Source of the DNA: Vampirovibrionaceae bacterium NZW_1234
GTDB taxonomy: Bacteria > Cyanobacteriota > Vampirovibrionia > Vampirovibrionales > JAGQHJ01
Assembly: GCA_041697335.1 (NCBI GenBank)
Contig: JBGUGD010000012.1
Location: 1-64,000 of the forward strand
Direction: 5' to 3'
Length of the DNA: 64,000 nucleotides
Position numbers and translations under genes: made by a program. Below, one piece after another: positions 29,023-39,222 of the stretch (position 1 is the first letter of the stretch; every line of letters begins with the position of its first letter). Below the pieces are notes generated by a model. That model did no database searches, had not been told where the DNA came from, and worked only from the letters and a program-made list of their open reading frames with translations.

Positions 29023-29718
29023 TTAATGGTTCTGGTTGTCCGGATTCCAATACAGCCTGTCCACTAAGCCTTCTTTAGCTATTTGTCGTCCTTTTTCTGT
29101 CAGTTTTAGGGTCTTTAGGGAAAAGCTCGATAGGATATAGGGCATGAGAATGTATTCATCGATGAGTCCGACATTGTAAAGCCCTTGTAATGCTTTATAG
29201 ACACTTTTTACTTTAGGCGTAATGCGATAGTCCGGGTCCTGATCCGGAAGCTGTCGGAGTGGGGGATCGGCTATGTCAAGAACAATATCGAGGACAGGCA
29301 CTTCCGGTTCTGGATACTGCGGCTCTTTGGGTGCTCTGGTGAGCTTTTTAAGGAGCCAAAATCGTTCTTCGTAGCGGGAAAGACGTTGGTCATAATGTTC
29401 TTTTGCCCTCTTATAAGCTTCCTCCTGAGCGGGACTGACCTCACCTCTTAGTGCCAGGAAGCTCCGCATCACGATCCAGCCGGTTATGTCCTCGTCGTAA
29501 GATTTTCGAAGTGCTTCAAGAGTGGCTTTTCGATTCTGCAGTGCAGTTGTGCCAAAGGTCACCTCAGTGAAGGGAGGTTTGGCTCCCGTTGCCGAAAGCT
29601 GGCTCACTGTCCCATGCCCATAAGAGAGGTGCTCAGGCCGATAGGGCAGAAAGCTGCGTTGTTGACTTGATAGGGGGATGATTGGTTTTAAGGTTGTTCT
29701 CGACAGGTTTACGTGCAT
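29023..29718 (-). CDS. Hypothetical protein with low-complexity VTFG leader
   Basis: 231-aa ORF; C-terminal LTEKG winged-helix-like tail. Confidence 0.6.
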   Translation of the reverse strand: MHVNLSRTTLKPIIPLSSQQRSFLPYRPEHLSYGHGTVSQLSATGAKPPFTEVTFGTTALQNRKATLEALRKSYDEDITGWIVMRSFLALRGEVSPAQEEAYKRAKEHYDQRLSRYEERFWLLKKLTRAPKEPQYPEPEVPVLDIVLDIADPPLRQLPDQDPDYRITPKVKSVYKALQGLYNVGLIDEYILMPYILSSFSLKTLKLTEKGRQIAKEGLVDRLYWNPDNQNH

Positions 29719-29924
29719 TGTCCCTTACCCCGCAACACTCCTTTGCTCGAATCCCGGTATTTATCGGGATTAATAATGATGCTGATGCGATTCCCCAACC
29801 CAGATGGTTTTGATGCGGATTGTCTCGCACCCACCTTCTATTTATAGATTTGTTTCTATAAATAAATGAATGGTATCTGAATAGCAAGCTATGATTCTTG
29901 ATTGATTTCTTCGAGGGGCTGCTA

Positions 29925-30347
29925 TTAGGCCGACAGGTTGATACGCCGTTGATTGGCTAATGCAATCAACGGCTCTACAAATATCGATCGGGCTTTGGGA
30001 CTCAGGGGAAGTTGACTCAAATGGTTGACCAGGAATCGAACCTTCTGACCTGCTGTGTGGTTTTGCGCCCCTGGGCCCGAGAGTTCTTTTTCCAGAATTT
30101 GTCCGTTAACCCGATGTTCAGCATAAAAAACATCCTCTCCGAGACTTTCGTATTCCTGTTCTCGGCGTGTGAATTCCAATACGGGCGAATGAGCAACGAG
30201 TCCGAGCGTCTTTGCTTCTTTGAGAGAATCATCATCCAAAGCTAAGGCAATCACGTGGTCTTTTGTATTTAATGTTCCTGGCACGGGTTGTCCATAATCC
30301 AAGCGATCCAGGTAACCCCGGCCAAAGCGTAGATTCAAAGTCATCAT
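29925..30347 (-). CDS. Hypothetical protein starting MMTLNLRFG
   Basis: 140-aa ORF filling the gap. Confidence 0.55.
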   Translation of the reverse strand: MMTLNLRFGRGYLDRLDYGQPVPGTLNTKDHVIALALDDDSLKEAKTLGLVAHSPVLEFTRREQEYESLGEDVFYAEHRVNGQILEKELSGPGAQNHTAGQKVRFLVNHLSQLPLSPKARSIFVEPLIALANQRRINLSA

Positions 30348-30478
30348 CCTGTATTACCCCAATTACATCACTTCCAACACGGACACGTCATCCTACGTGT
30401 ATACACGTGATGGTATCAGCATGGATAGCCCGACGCCAAGAGTGAGTTGGCGGGTTGTTACATATTTCGTTACGCATT

Positions 30479-31222
30479 TTAATGGGAGTGAGGAATAGGG
30501 GCCTCGTTTAAAAGGGCTTTCATTTCGGCGACGGCAGGACCGATTCCGGTAAAGATTGTCTTGGCAATGATATTGTGGCCGATATTCAGTTCTACCAGCC
30601 CTGGAATGGCCAGAACCGGGCGGACATTATCATACGTTAATCCATGTCCGGCATTGACTTCCAGTCCGATTTCCTGACAAATACGCCCTGCTTCCAGGAG
30701 TGCATTTAACGCTACGTCGGCTTTAACACTGTCCTCAATGCACGCTTCCGCATATTCTCCGGTGTGGAGTTCAACAATGCTTGCCCCCACTGCTTTTGAT
30801 GCCTGGAGCTGCACTGGATCCGGATCGACAAAAAGACTGACGCGAATATTGGCCTCGTGAAGTTTTGCAATGGCAATTTTTAAGGTTTCCTGATGATTGA
30901 CGACGTCTAAGCCACCCTCTGTGGTCAATTCTTCTCGACGCTCGGGCACAAGGGTTGCCATATACGGTTTCACCTGACAGGCAATGGCCACCATTTCCTC
31001 GGTTGCCGCCATTTCGAGATTGAGACGGGTTTTAATTTTGGCTTTTAGGTGGTGGATATCGGCATCGCGAATATGTCGGCGATCTTCTCGAAGATGGGCA
31101 GTAATACCATCTGCGCCATGGGCTTCGGCTATAAGAGCTGCCAGGACCGGATCGGGCTCATTTCCGCCACGAGCATTTCTTACTGTGGCAACGTGATCGA
31201 TGTTAACACCAAGAAATACCAT
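30479..31222 (-). CDS. pdxJ: Pyridoxine 5'-phosphate synthase
   Basis: LGVNIDHVAT.RNAR, HLREDRRHI, TTEGGLDV, ELHTG, NAGHGL, ELNIGH. Confidence 0.97.
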   Translation of the reverse strand: MVFLGVNIDHVATVRNARGGNEPDPVLAALIAEAHGADGITAHLREDRRHIRDADIHHLKAKIKTRLNLEMAATEEMVAIACQVKPYMATLVPERREELTTEGGLDVVNHQETLKIAIAKLHEANIRVSLFVDPDPVQLQASKAVGASIVELHTGEYAEACIEDSVKADVALNALLEAGRICQEIGLEVNAGHGLTYDNVRPVLAIPGLVELNIGHNIIAKTIFTGIGPAVAEMKALLNEAPIPHSH

Positions 31223-31434
31223 AAATAGTTGTCGTCCAATCTAAAATCGTCGTATACAATGTTAAGAACATGTAAAGATATTGAATCCATCATGTCCCGT
31301 TCTGGGGTTAAGCATACCGTTAACACCATAAAACGCAATATTAAAAGGAAGTTTAAAAACGATGAAAGAAGGGTTGTTGCGTTCTATTTTCCGGGTCCTT
31401 GAAGGAAGTAAAAGGTTGAGTTAGTGAAAGGTTT

Positions 31435-32385
31435 TTGTTACACTCGCTGAACGTGAAAGTTAGCCTAGGAGATAGCCGAGTGAATGCACGGATATCGCAA
31501 GGGCAAGAACGTTGCAGCTGCCATTTGGTCCTAAATCTAGTGAAAGTAATTGGAGAAGAGGTAGTGAGTTGGAAGCGGATTCTCGAGAGTTGGATTATTT
31601 CTCAAAGCAGCCTGGTTAAATTTAACTTGTCCTTGATGACCTTGTCGGTTTGTACTATGGGAGGTCTTGCCCTGGCTGGCGTTGGACATCCTCCGGAAAG
31701 CAGTTTTGAAGTTTATCAATCGATTCGTACCGCTGAAGCAGTGGTGAAGGGTGTTCCTGGTGTGTCGCAACCCGACACGGCAATGATTGCCGCCTCGGCT
31801 TTCGATACGGCAGATGATTATGTTCGGGAAATTTTTGGTACGCCTGTTCCTAACCACATCTCTGCTGCAGAAGAGGCTGTGCGCCAGCCTTTAAAGTCTC
31901 CTTTGCCAGATGACATCAAAGTGGATGTTGTTGATAATGGTCCCCCGCCAGTACCAGGAGTTGCTGTGGCAGCCGCTCCTGCGAACCTTGGCTCACCTTT
32001 TATGAGTAGCCGCCGCCTTATGTGGCCGATGCGTAGTGGCTATGTCTCCTCCCGTTTTGGTATGCGTTGGGGGCGTATGCACCATGGCACTGATATTGCT
32101 GCTCCTATGGGCACACCAATTATGGCTGCTGCTGATGGCAAGGTCATTTTCTCAGGCTGGGAAAGCGGCTATGGCCAGTTGATTGTGGTTGATCACGGTA
32201 ATGGGGTTAAAACCAAGTATGGTCATTGTTCCTCACGATCCGTAAGTGTCGGACAAACAGTCAAGCAAGGGACCGTTATTGGGCGTGTAGGTACGACCGG
32301 TCATGCAACAGGGCCGCACTTGCACTATGAGGTGGTCCGTGAAGGCGTTGCCCGCAACCCGGAACAGTTTACGCGTCGCCGTTAA
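31435..32385 (+). CDS. M23-family metallopeptidase
   Basis: HHGTD and GPHLHYEV motifs; true start probably downstream of the ORF-track start. Confidence 0.9.
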   Translation: MLHSLNVKVSLGDSRVNARISQGQERCSCHLVLNLVKVIGEEVVSWKRILESWIISQSSLVKFNLSLMTLSVCTMGGLALAGVGHPPESSFEVYQSIRTAEAVVKGVPGVSQPDTAMIAASAFDTADDYVREIFGTPVPNHISAAEEAVRQPLKSPLPDDIKVDVVDNGPPPVPGVAVAAAPANLGSPFMSSRRLMWPMRSGYVSSRFGMRWGRMHHGTDIAAPMGTPIMAAADGKVIFSGWESGYGQLIVVDHGNGVKTKYGHCSSRSVSVGQTVKQGTVIGRVGTTGHATGPHLHYEVVREGVARNPEQFTRRR

Positions 32386-32518
32386 GAGAATGGCATTTTC
32401 AGGGTAAATAACCTAAACTCAGGTTTGGGTGCTACTCTCCTGCTTGGCGTTATTCTTTCTGGAGCTTGGTGGTGAGGGTGAGGCCGGATTTACCCGAAAC
32501 ACACTGAGAGGACAAGTT

Positions 32519-32974
32519 ATGCGTTTTCCTTGGCAGTCTGCACCATGTTCGCCTGACCCTTATACGCTACTCAGTGTCACACCTCAGGCCAGTCCAGAAG
32601 AAATTCTTCAGGCTTATCTTCGCCAGCGTCAACAGGTTCGGCCCGAGGCCTATCATTCTCGCTATAAACAGTATGCTTCCCAGTACGTACGCCGCTTGGA
32701 TGATGCCTATCATGTGCTATCGGATCCCTCACTTCGTCGTCGGTTAGACCGGCAACGATCGAAAGTGAATCCTCGTTCTTCAGATGCTTCGCAGTTAAAA
32801 GGGCTGGCCATGATTCGCATTATTTCAGTTGCCTTTGGAGTCTATCTTGTTTTGACTGGCCTGGGTGCGCTATTGCGATCAGGACAGGTTCATCTATCTG
32901 TTGTCGCCTTGGGCTTATTAGTGGTACTCTATGGTGCCATGCGCTTCTTCAGGAAGTGGTATTTGAAGCATTAA
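32519..32974 (+). CDS. J-domain-like membrane protein
   Basis: DPYTLLSV...AS.EEI..AY...RPE...AY.VLSDP..R..D followed by two TM helices; GAGAGGA RBS. Confidence 0.75.
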   Translation: MRFPWQSAPCSPDPYTLLSVTPQASPEEILQAYLRQRQQVRPEAYHSRYKQYASQYVRRLDDAYHVLSDPSLRRRLDRQRSKVNPRSSDASQLKGLAMIRIISVAFGVYLVLTGLGALLRSGQVHLSVVALGLLVVLYGAMRFFRKWYLKH

Positions 32975-33000
32975 GCCCCCTTGTGTAGGATTTTTGATTA

Positions 33001-34050
33001 ATGCCACGCTTGTTACCAGCCCACCCTAAGCGGATTCTTGTAGCCCCGTTACGGTTTATTGGTGATGGGGTTCTGACCGTACCTTTACTGCGTGCCCTTC
33101 ATTTGACTTATCCGGAGGCTCAGATCGATCTCCTGCTACCTAAATCTATGATGAATTTGTTTGAGCTCTGTCCCTATGTTCATCGCGTATTGACCTGGCC
33201 GAAATCTCGCATGGAGTTGTTTCGCCAGGTCCAATCTCAGGACTATGATATTGGTATTGTGATGCGACGGAGCTGGTCTGATGCTTTCATATTTCGCCAA
33301 GCCGGAGTCCGTTACTTGGTGGGCTATGATGAACAGCGTTTTCCGATGCCCCTGGGTTACAAGCGATTTGGGCTGTTTTTGGATAAAGCTGTGCCCTTTC
33401 CTCCTCTGAATACCGATGTGCCTCAAGTAAAGACCTATCTGGAACTTTTATATTCTATTTGCCCTAAAGCAGCACCAGCAACTGAATCCCTTGAACTTTG
33501 GGCTGATGAGCTGGATGAAGTTAGTGTGGAGCAGTTATTGGATCATTACCGTATTGATCCGGCTGATCCGATAGCCGTGATTCATGGGACCAGCGCGTCT
33601 CGGGAGAAAGCCCTGGCTTTTGATAAATTTATCCCGGGGCTTCGGGCTCTAGAACACCATGGCTATGCCTTGGTGGCCTTTGGGACGCAGTCGGACCGGG
33701 CTTTTTATGATGAGCTGGCTCGATTGGCCGGTGTGTCCCTGGTTAATGTTTGTGGTGAAACCACATTGCGTCAGAGTTTTGTTCTGCTACGTCGTACAAA
33801 GATTTTGTTCAGCCTTGACTCTGCGCCCATACATATGGCGGTTGCAGCAGATGTTCCTAGCATTGTTGGTATCTATGGACCCACGAATGAGAAACAATGG
33901 CGTCCTTACCCGTATTCCGGAAATTTTACCCCTGTTTTTAATCGGGATTTGTCTTGTCGTCCGTGTGTTCCGAAGCTGTGCAGCCATAATCGGTGCCGGG
34001 TGGATTTAAACCCGCTAGATATTTCCCAGGCCATTGAAAACCACCTGTAG
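33001..34050 (+). CDS. Glycosyltransferase family 9 (LPS heptosyltransferase-like)
   Basis: RFIGD.VL..P, LDSAPIHMA.A, IYGPT, C.PC...C. Confidence 0.9.
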   Translation: MPRLLPAHPKRILVAPLRFIGDGVLTVPLLRALHLTYPEAQIDLLLPKSMMNLFELCPYVHRVLTWPKSRMELFRQVQSQDYDIGIVMRRSWSDAFIFRQAGVRYLVGYDEQRFPMPLGYKRFGLFLDKAVPFPPLNTDVPQVKTYLELLYSICPKAAPATESLELWADELDEVSVEQLLDHYRIDPADPIAVIHGTSASREKALAFDKFIPGLRALEHHGYALVAFGTQSDRAFYDELARLAGVSLVNVCGETTLRQSFVLLRRTKILFSLDSAPIHMAVAADVPSIVGIYGPTNEKQWRPYPYSGNFTPVFNRDLSCRPCVPKLCSHNRCRVDLNPLDISQAIENHL

Positions 34051-34064
34051 ATGATGCCTCTGGT

Positions 34065-34919
34065 ATGATTCTTACAGAATTAAAGCTATGGTTAGATGAA
34101 AAACTCTCTCAGGTGGTATCGGATCGTCTCCAAAGACAGGCCGAGCGCAATTTAATCCTTAAGCATTTTTGGGCCATCACTCCTGAGATGCTGCTGACAA
34201 GCCCTGAACTTGAAATTCCAGAGGATGCCACATGGCTTGAGCTCCAAGCTCTGATTGTTCGGCGTCTGGATGAACGAATGCCCATTCAGTATTTATTGGG
34301 TCAAGCGTACTTTTATGGTCATGTATTTTCCGTCTCTCCCGCAGTTTTGATTCCTCGGCCAGAAACTGAGCTGCTGGTTTCTGAGGTGCTTTCCGAGATA
34401 AACGCCCAACGCTACCACTCTGTATTGGACCTGGGAACGGGCTCTGGGTGTATTGCGATTTCACTCAAGCTGGCTTGTCCGGAACTTAGCGTCAAGGCCG
34501 TCGATGTTTCTCCTGAGGCATTGAAGGTAGCCCGTAAGAATGCTGAGGCCCTTGGGGCAGATGTTTGCTTTGTCGGTGGGTCCTGGTATGAGCCGGTTGC
34601 TTCGGAAACGTTTGATGTTATTGTTTCTAATCCGCCCTATATTGACATGAGCGATCGAAACACCTTAGCTCCTGAGGTTCTTCAAGAACCCGAGGCTGCC
34701 TTGTTTCCCCTGGTAAAGCCTCTTCGCCTTTACCAGTATCTGATGGCGCGCGCTCAATATTATCTAAACCCGGGTGGGGTCTTTTTGGCAGAAATGGGGA
34801 TGGGGCAACATGACGCGCTGTTGAGCATTGCGAATGAGCTTGGAATGGAAGCCAGGAGTGTGAAAGATTATGGGGGTATCGGGCGCATCCTGGTTGTTCG
34901 CCCTGTAGGAAGTCCATAA
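34065..34919 (+). CDS. prmC: Release factor glutamine methyltransferase
   Basis: VLIPRPETELLV, LDLGTGSGCIA, VSNPPY. Confidence 0.95.
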   Translation: MILTELKLWLDEKLSQVVSDRLQRQAERNLILKHFWAITPEMLLTSPELEIPEDATWLELQALIVRRLDERMPIQYLLGQAYFYGHVFSVSPAVLIPRPETELLVSEVLSEINAQRYHSVLDLGTGSGCIAISLKLACPELSVKAVDVSPEALKVARKNAEALGADVCFVGGSWYEPVASETFDVIVSNPPYIDMSDRNTLAPEVLQEPEAALFPLVKPLRLYQYLMARAQYYLNPGGVFLAEMGMGQHDALLSIANELGMEARSVKDYGGIGRILVVRPVGSP

Positions 34920-34921
34920 TT

Positions 34922-34959
34922 CAGAGAACCCGGCAGCGGATTGCATGTCGGGTTCTCTG
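34922..34959. terminator. Stem-loop between convergent genes (likely terminator)
   Basis: CAGAGAACCCG...CGGGTTCTCTG inverted repeat. Confidence 0.7.
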
Positions 34960-34985
34960 GATAAGTATGGCAGAATAATTTTGTT

Positions 34986-35480
34986 CTACATTGCAGGTGG
35001 CATTTCAGGAATTTGCTGATCTTCTGCAGCAGCCATTTCCGGAGGTGCTGCAGGTGGTTCGACGGGTTGTGCAGCGGCCGCATCATCAGCACCAGCGGCT
35101 GGTGGCTGTCCTGGGGGTGCTCCTGGAGGAGCGCCTTGCGGACCTCCTGGAGGTGCACCTGCCTGACCACCCGGTTGTCCGCCGGGTCGTCCTTGGTTGT
35201 TGGCACCATTTTTACCTTTGTCCCCTTTCAGGGCTTCTAGCAATGCTTCCACGATTGCTTTTGCAACTTCTTTTAAAACCTGGTCTCCACCGGGTTGCCC
35301 ACCTTGCTGTGCGTTTTGACCCGGTTGACCAGTCTGTTGGCGACCCCAATTTCCGACGTCACCAAATTGCTGGGCGCCATCTGTTTGCCCGGCACGTTGC
35401 CCCTGTTGTGCGCCTTGGGCGTTACCAGCTTGACCAAGCTGCTGTGGCCCGCGGACGTTCATATCGTTTCCCATTGCCAT
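34986..35480 (-). CDS. Gly/Gln/Pro-rich low-complexity protein
   Basis: 164-aa ORF with GGGAGG RBS; no Cys; one amphipathic helix. Confidence 0.75.
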   Translation of the reverse strand: MAMGNDMNVRGPQQLGQAGNAQGAQQGQRAGQTDGAQQFGDVGNWGRQQTGQPGQNAQQGGQPGGDQVLKEVAKAIVEALLEALKGDKGKNGANNQGRPGGQPGGQAGAPPGGPQGAPPGAPPGQPPAAGADDAAAAQPVEPPAAPPEMAAAEDQQIPEMPPAM

Positions 35481-35878
35481 AAGATTGAATCCTCCCTTGA
35501 TTTCTCGAATCTAACGAATGTTCCTTCTCGAAGACAGACTGAGAGAACACCCTTTGCAAGGTGCTTTCCTTGACGATGTTGCCTATATGCCCTGAGGTAT
35601 CTTCAACAACAAGTGTCTAAAATTATAAAAACAAAACTTTTTCGTCTTGTGACGCCATTTATGGATTTTTAAGGAATAGGGCTCATACCGCTCACCTGGC
35701 TACTGGTTCAGGTATATGAATCAAAAAAGCCCTGATGTGCAAGGTGTATTTCTATGGAATGAGCCAATGACACTTGCTGCCATTGGCTCAAACAATAATG
35801 TGTTTATGATTTCCTATGATTTTTTAATCATCGGCACACTCTAAGCTGCTTATTAACAGAGCCTTGAAGCGGCCAGCA

Positions 35879-36106
35879 CTAAGTACTTCGCTGGGTGCCC
35901 ATGATTTTCTCCAGAGCGCCTTCAGCATCGCGAATTTGGCCTGTCATTATTCCGCCCATCACGCTGGACAGAATGCCGCCACCACTACTATTACTGTTAT
36001 CTGAGCCGTTGCCTTTTCGGATCACCAATTCGGCCAGATTTGTTTTTTGTCCTTGAGTACCGCCGCGAGGGGTGCTCCCAACATTGACATTAACGGGTGA
36101 AACCAT
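35879..36106 (-). CDS. Small Gly/Ser/Asn-rich protein (75 aa)
   Basis: GGGAGGT RBS upstream of ATG. Confidence 0.7.
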   Translation of the reverse strand: MVSPVNVNVGSTPRGGTQGQKTNLAELVIRKGNGSDNSNSSGGGILSSVMGGIMTGQIRDAEGALEKIMGTQRST

Positions 36107-36311
36107 TATTTTTTACCTCCCACACATAACGTCTTTGAGCCAGCGTTAGAAACATCGGAATCAACCCGCAGAGATCTGGGGAGCCGTGTTTTTAGCCGCC
36201 GAAAGGCATTAAGACGATTTTCACACACTACGAAATAGATACCATGTGTATAAAAACATGCATGAGGGTCTTTGTGACAGACTTTAGATGTTCTTAAGAA
36301 AAAGCCGCAAC

Positions 36312-37088
36312 TTAATCGCCTTCCCCAAAAATGCCGTTGAACAGACCGCCAACGCCGCTGCTAACAGGGTTACTGCCGGCATCGGCTCGACCAAAGTTGG
36401 CTGCAGCCAGAACTTTATCAGCCATTCGGCTGAAAGGCACCGATTGTAAATAGACGCGCCCTGGGCCTTTTAACCGAGCATAGAAAAGACCCTCCCCCCC
36501 AAAAAACATGGTTTTTATGCCGGAGGCCATTTGGATGTCATAATCAACCCCTTCTGTAAAAGCGACTAAACAACCGGTGTCAACCCGTAGAGATTCGCCT
36601 GGGGCTAAATCTCGAGTTAGGATCAATCCGCCAGCATGGATAAATGCATGGCCCTGGCCAGAGAGCTTTTGAAGAATAAAGCCTTCGCCTCCAAAAAAGC
36701 CCGCCCCGATGCGTTGGGTAAAGGCAATGCTAATATCCACTCCCGGTTCGGCACATAGAAAGGCATCGCGTTGACAGAGCAGGGGGCCTGTTTCCTTCAA
36801 GTTACAGTGAATAATCTTACCAGGATAAGAAGCACTAAAAACCACCTCGCCTGGGCTGTGGTTGGCTTCAAACATGGTGACAAAAAAACTTTCTCCGGCT
36901 ACAGCCCGTTTCAGGCCGGACATGATGCCACCCAGCAGTCCACCCTCATCCTTGGTATTCATAGTGGTCTTTAATTGGATGCTGTCTGTCATATAGAGCA
37001 TCGAACCAGCTTCGGCATAGACTTTTTGCCCAGGCTCCAAGGTCATGTGGATGGCCTGCATATCGTCGCCAAGAATTTGGAATTGCAT
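36312..37088 (-). CDS. TIGR00266/AIM24-family protein
   Basis: GDDMQ, AEAGSM, GESFF, CQRDAFL, FGGEGF, VDTGC, GPGRVYLQS. Confidence 0.9.
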   Translation of the reverse strand: MQFQILGDDMQAIHMTLEPGQKVYAEAGSMLYMTDSIQLKTTMNTKDEGGLLGGIMSGLKRAVAGESFFVTMFEANHSPGEVVFSASYPGKIIHCNLKETGPLLCQRDAFLCAEPGVDISIAFTQRIGAGFFGGEGFILQKLSGQGHAFIHAGGLILTRDLAPGESLRVDTGCLVAFTEGVDYDIQMASGIKTMFFGGEGLFYARLKGPGRVYLQSVPFSRMADKVLAAANFGRADAGSNPVSSGVGGLFNGIFGEGD

Positions 37089-37178
37089 TGCGGGTGCCTC
37101 TTTCTCGCTAGGAACTTACAAGGTATTCGCTTTCTAGGGGCATCATAGCGGCTTTGCAAGGACAAGGGAAGTAGATGC

Positions 37179-37985
37179 CTAAGATGGCACAGCCACAATA
37201 GGGCGATTGGTGTCCAGAAGTTCAAAAAGAAAATCAAAGCTCTTGACGGGACGCTCCAGACGATGCGCCCAAAAATAGGCTAAAAAACGATGGGCTCTGA
37301 CGGTATGGGTATACAAGTTCGTATTATGAGGATTAGAAAAGAGCTTTAGTGTTGTTGTGGAGACGTTTACCCGGTCCAGCTCATGGTGCTGATGCATGCA
37401 ATGGTCGCAGACAAAGCCTCCTGCTGTAACAAAGAACGGATGATGTGTCGTATGGTCTAAATCAAGCAAGTTATCGCAAAAAAGGCAGGACGAAAAGGAT
37501 GGAAGATAGCCGGAAAGGCTCAACATGGATTCGTGGAACAAAAGCGATGGCGGAACCCATGATTGTGTGGTGTCGTTGAGTTGGCTCAGGGTAGTGGACA
37601 AAAGTTCGTAAACAGCGGGGCTGTCCGGATCGTTTTCCCGTCCCAGCAGGCGCAAAATATCTGTGCATACAGAGCCTACGGCTAAGCGCTCCAAATCGCT
37701 TCGAAGGGCCTGAAACGAGTCGATTCGTTCATAGTGACATACCGTATGGAGGTTTCTGCCTTGAGCGAGGAACAAATGGTTGAGCGTGAGTGCCTCGCAA
37801 CTACCGGCCAACTTGCTTGTGGGCTTTTTAACCCCTTTAACAATGGCGCGTAATTCTCCATGATCCGGACTGTAGAAGGATGCAATCTGATCGGTTTCAC
37901 GGTAGGGGGTGGATTTGAGGCAAATTGCCATGGTATCAAATTGAATCATATGTCTATTGTAGCGGTCTTGGGGTGGATTGACCAA
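37179..37985 (-). CDS. recO: DNA repair protein RecO
   Basis: YRETD.I..FYS..HG..RA..KG..KP.SKL; GY.P....C..C....GGFVC..C. Confidence 0.9.
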   Translation of the reverse strand: MVNPPQDRYNRHMIQFDTMAICLKSTPYRETDQIASFYSPDHGELRAIVKGVKKPTSKLAGSCEALTLNHLFLAQGRNLHTVCHYERIDSFQALRSDLERLAVGSVCTDILRLLGRENDPDSPAVYELLSTTLSQLNDTTQSWVPPSLLFHESMLSLSGYLPSFSSCLFCDNLLDLDHTTHHPFFVTAGGFVCDHCMHQHHELDRVNVSTTTLKLFSNPHNTNLYTHTVRAHRFLAYFWAHRLERPVKSFDFLFELLDTNRPIVAVPS

Positions 37986-38121
37986 TGGCGTTGCATGTAA
38001 GGCGCCCCTGATGAAATAGTAAGCGCCTTGGAGCTCCTTCGGACAGAGTATCCCGAAATCGGCCAGAGGATTTACAATGGAGCATATGTATGATGACTCG
38101 GATTAGGAGGCTGAATCACCC

Positions 38122-39222
38122 ATGTTGATGGAAGAGCTTCTGGGGGATGCACTGGCCCGTGGTGCCAGTGATATTCATATTTCGGTGGGCTCTTCGCCGG
38201 TGTTTCGAATAAGCGGCAAGCTTGTGCGTGCCGAATATCCGCCTCTGACGAGAGAAGACTCACAAAGACTGATTTTTAGCGTTTTAACCAACGAGCAACG
38301 TCGGACCCTTGAGCAAAACTGGGAATTGGATTTTTCCTACGGCATTCAGGGTTTGGGTCGGTTCCGGGTCAATGTGTATAAGTCCCGAGGCTCCTATGCG
38401 GCCGCCCTTCGATCCATTACATTTAACGTGCCAAGTTTGGAAGATTTGGGTTTGCCCCCGGTTGTGAAAGAGATTGCAGCAAAGCCTCGCGGCTTGGTGT
38501 TGGTTACAGGATCCACCGGTAGCGGGAAGTCCACGACGCTTGCAGCAATGATTAACTGGATTAACCAGAACAAGTCACAGCACATTCTGACCATTGAAGA
38601 CCCCATTGAATTTGTACACACATCCCAAATGAGCATCGTTCACCAGCGCGAGTTGGGGCAGGATACCCGCAGTTTTGCCAATGCCCTGCGATCGGCTCTT
38701 CGGGAAGACCCGGATGTAATCCTTGTCGGTGAGATGCGGGATTTGGAGACCATTTCGCTGGCCATTACGGCGGCTGAAACGGGGCACTTGGTGATGGGTA
38801 CCTTACATACGTCCAGTGCCATTCAGACGGTGGATCGGATGGTCGATGTGTTTCCTCCGGAGCAACAGCATCAGATCCGGATTCAGTTGTCGAACAGTTT
38901 AATTGCCGTCTTCTCCCAGGCCTTGGTTCCGCGTATTAATGAGATGAAAGAGCGGGTAGGGCGTATTATGGCTCAAGAAATTATGATTGTGACTCCGGCT
39001 ATGGCCAATATGATCCGGGAAGGCAAGACGGCCCAAATGTATTCGTCTATTCAAACCGGTAGTGCTCAAGGAATGCAGACCCTGGAGATGGCTCTAAAGG
39101 ATCTCTATCAACAGGGGGTTGTAATGTACGAGGATATTATGGGTAAAACAAGCCGTCCGGATGATTTGAGGCGGATGCTCGATGCGATTGGAGCACCGGT
39201 CAATGCCGCACGACCTTACTAG
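38122..39222 (+). CDS. pilT: Type IV pilus retraction ATPase
   Basis: ASDIHI, GSTGSGKSTT, TIEDPIE, ALREDPDVILVGEMRD, AETGHLV.GTLHT, ANMIRE. Confidence 0.95.
   Translation: MLMEELLGDALARGASDIHISVGSSPVFRISGKLVRAEYPPLTREDSQRLIFSVLTNEQRRTLEQNWELDFSYGIQGLGRFRVNVYKSRGSYAAALRSITFNVPSLEDLGLPPVVKEIAAKPRGLVLVTGSTGSGKSTTLAAMINWINQNKSQHILTIEDPIEFVHTSQMSIVHQRELGQDTRSFANALRSALREDPDVILVGEMRDLETISLAITAAETGHLVMGTLHTSSAIQTVDRMVDVFPPEQQHQIRIQLSNSLIAVFSQALVPRINEMKERVGRIMAQEIMIVTPAMANMIREGKTAQMYSSIQTGSAQGMQTLEMALKDLYQQGVVMYEDIMGKTSRPDDLRRMLDAIGAPVNAARPY

Noticed and set aside
34991..35482. 163-aa plus-strand ORF
   Set aside because: Antisense to the G/Q/P-rich gene, which has the RBS.
36215..36260. TGTGTATAA DnaA-box match as an alternative oriC
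   Set aside because: Single box only, no cluster.
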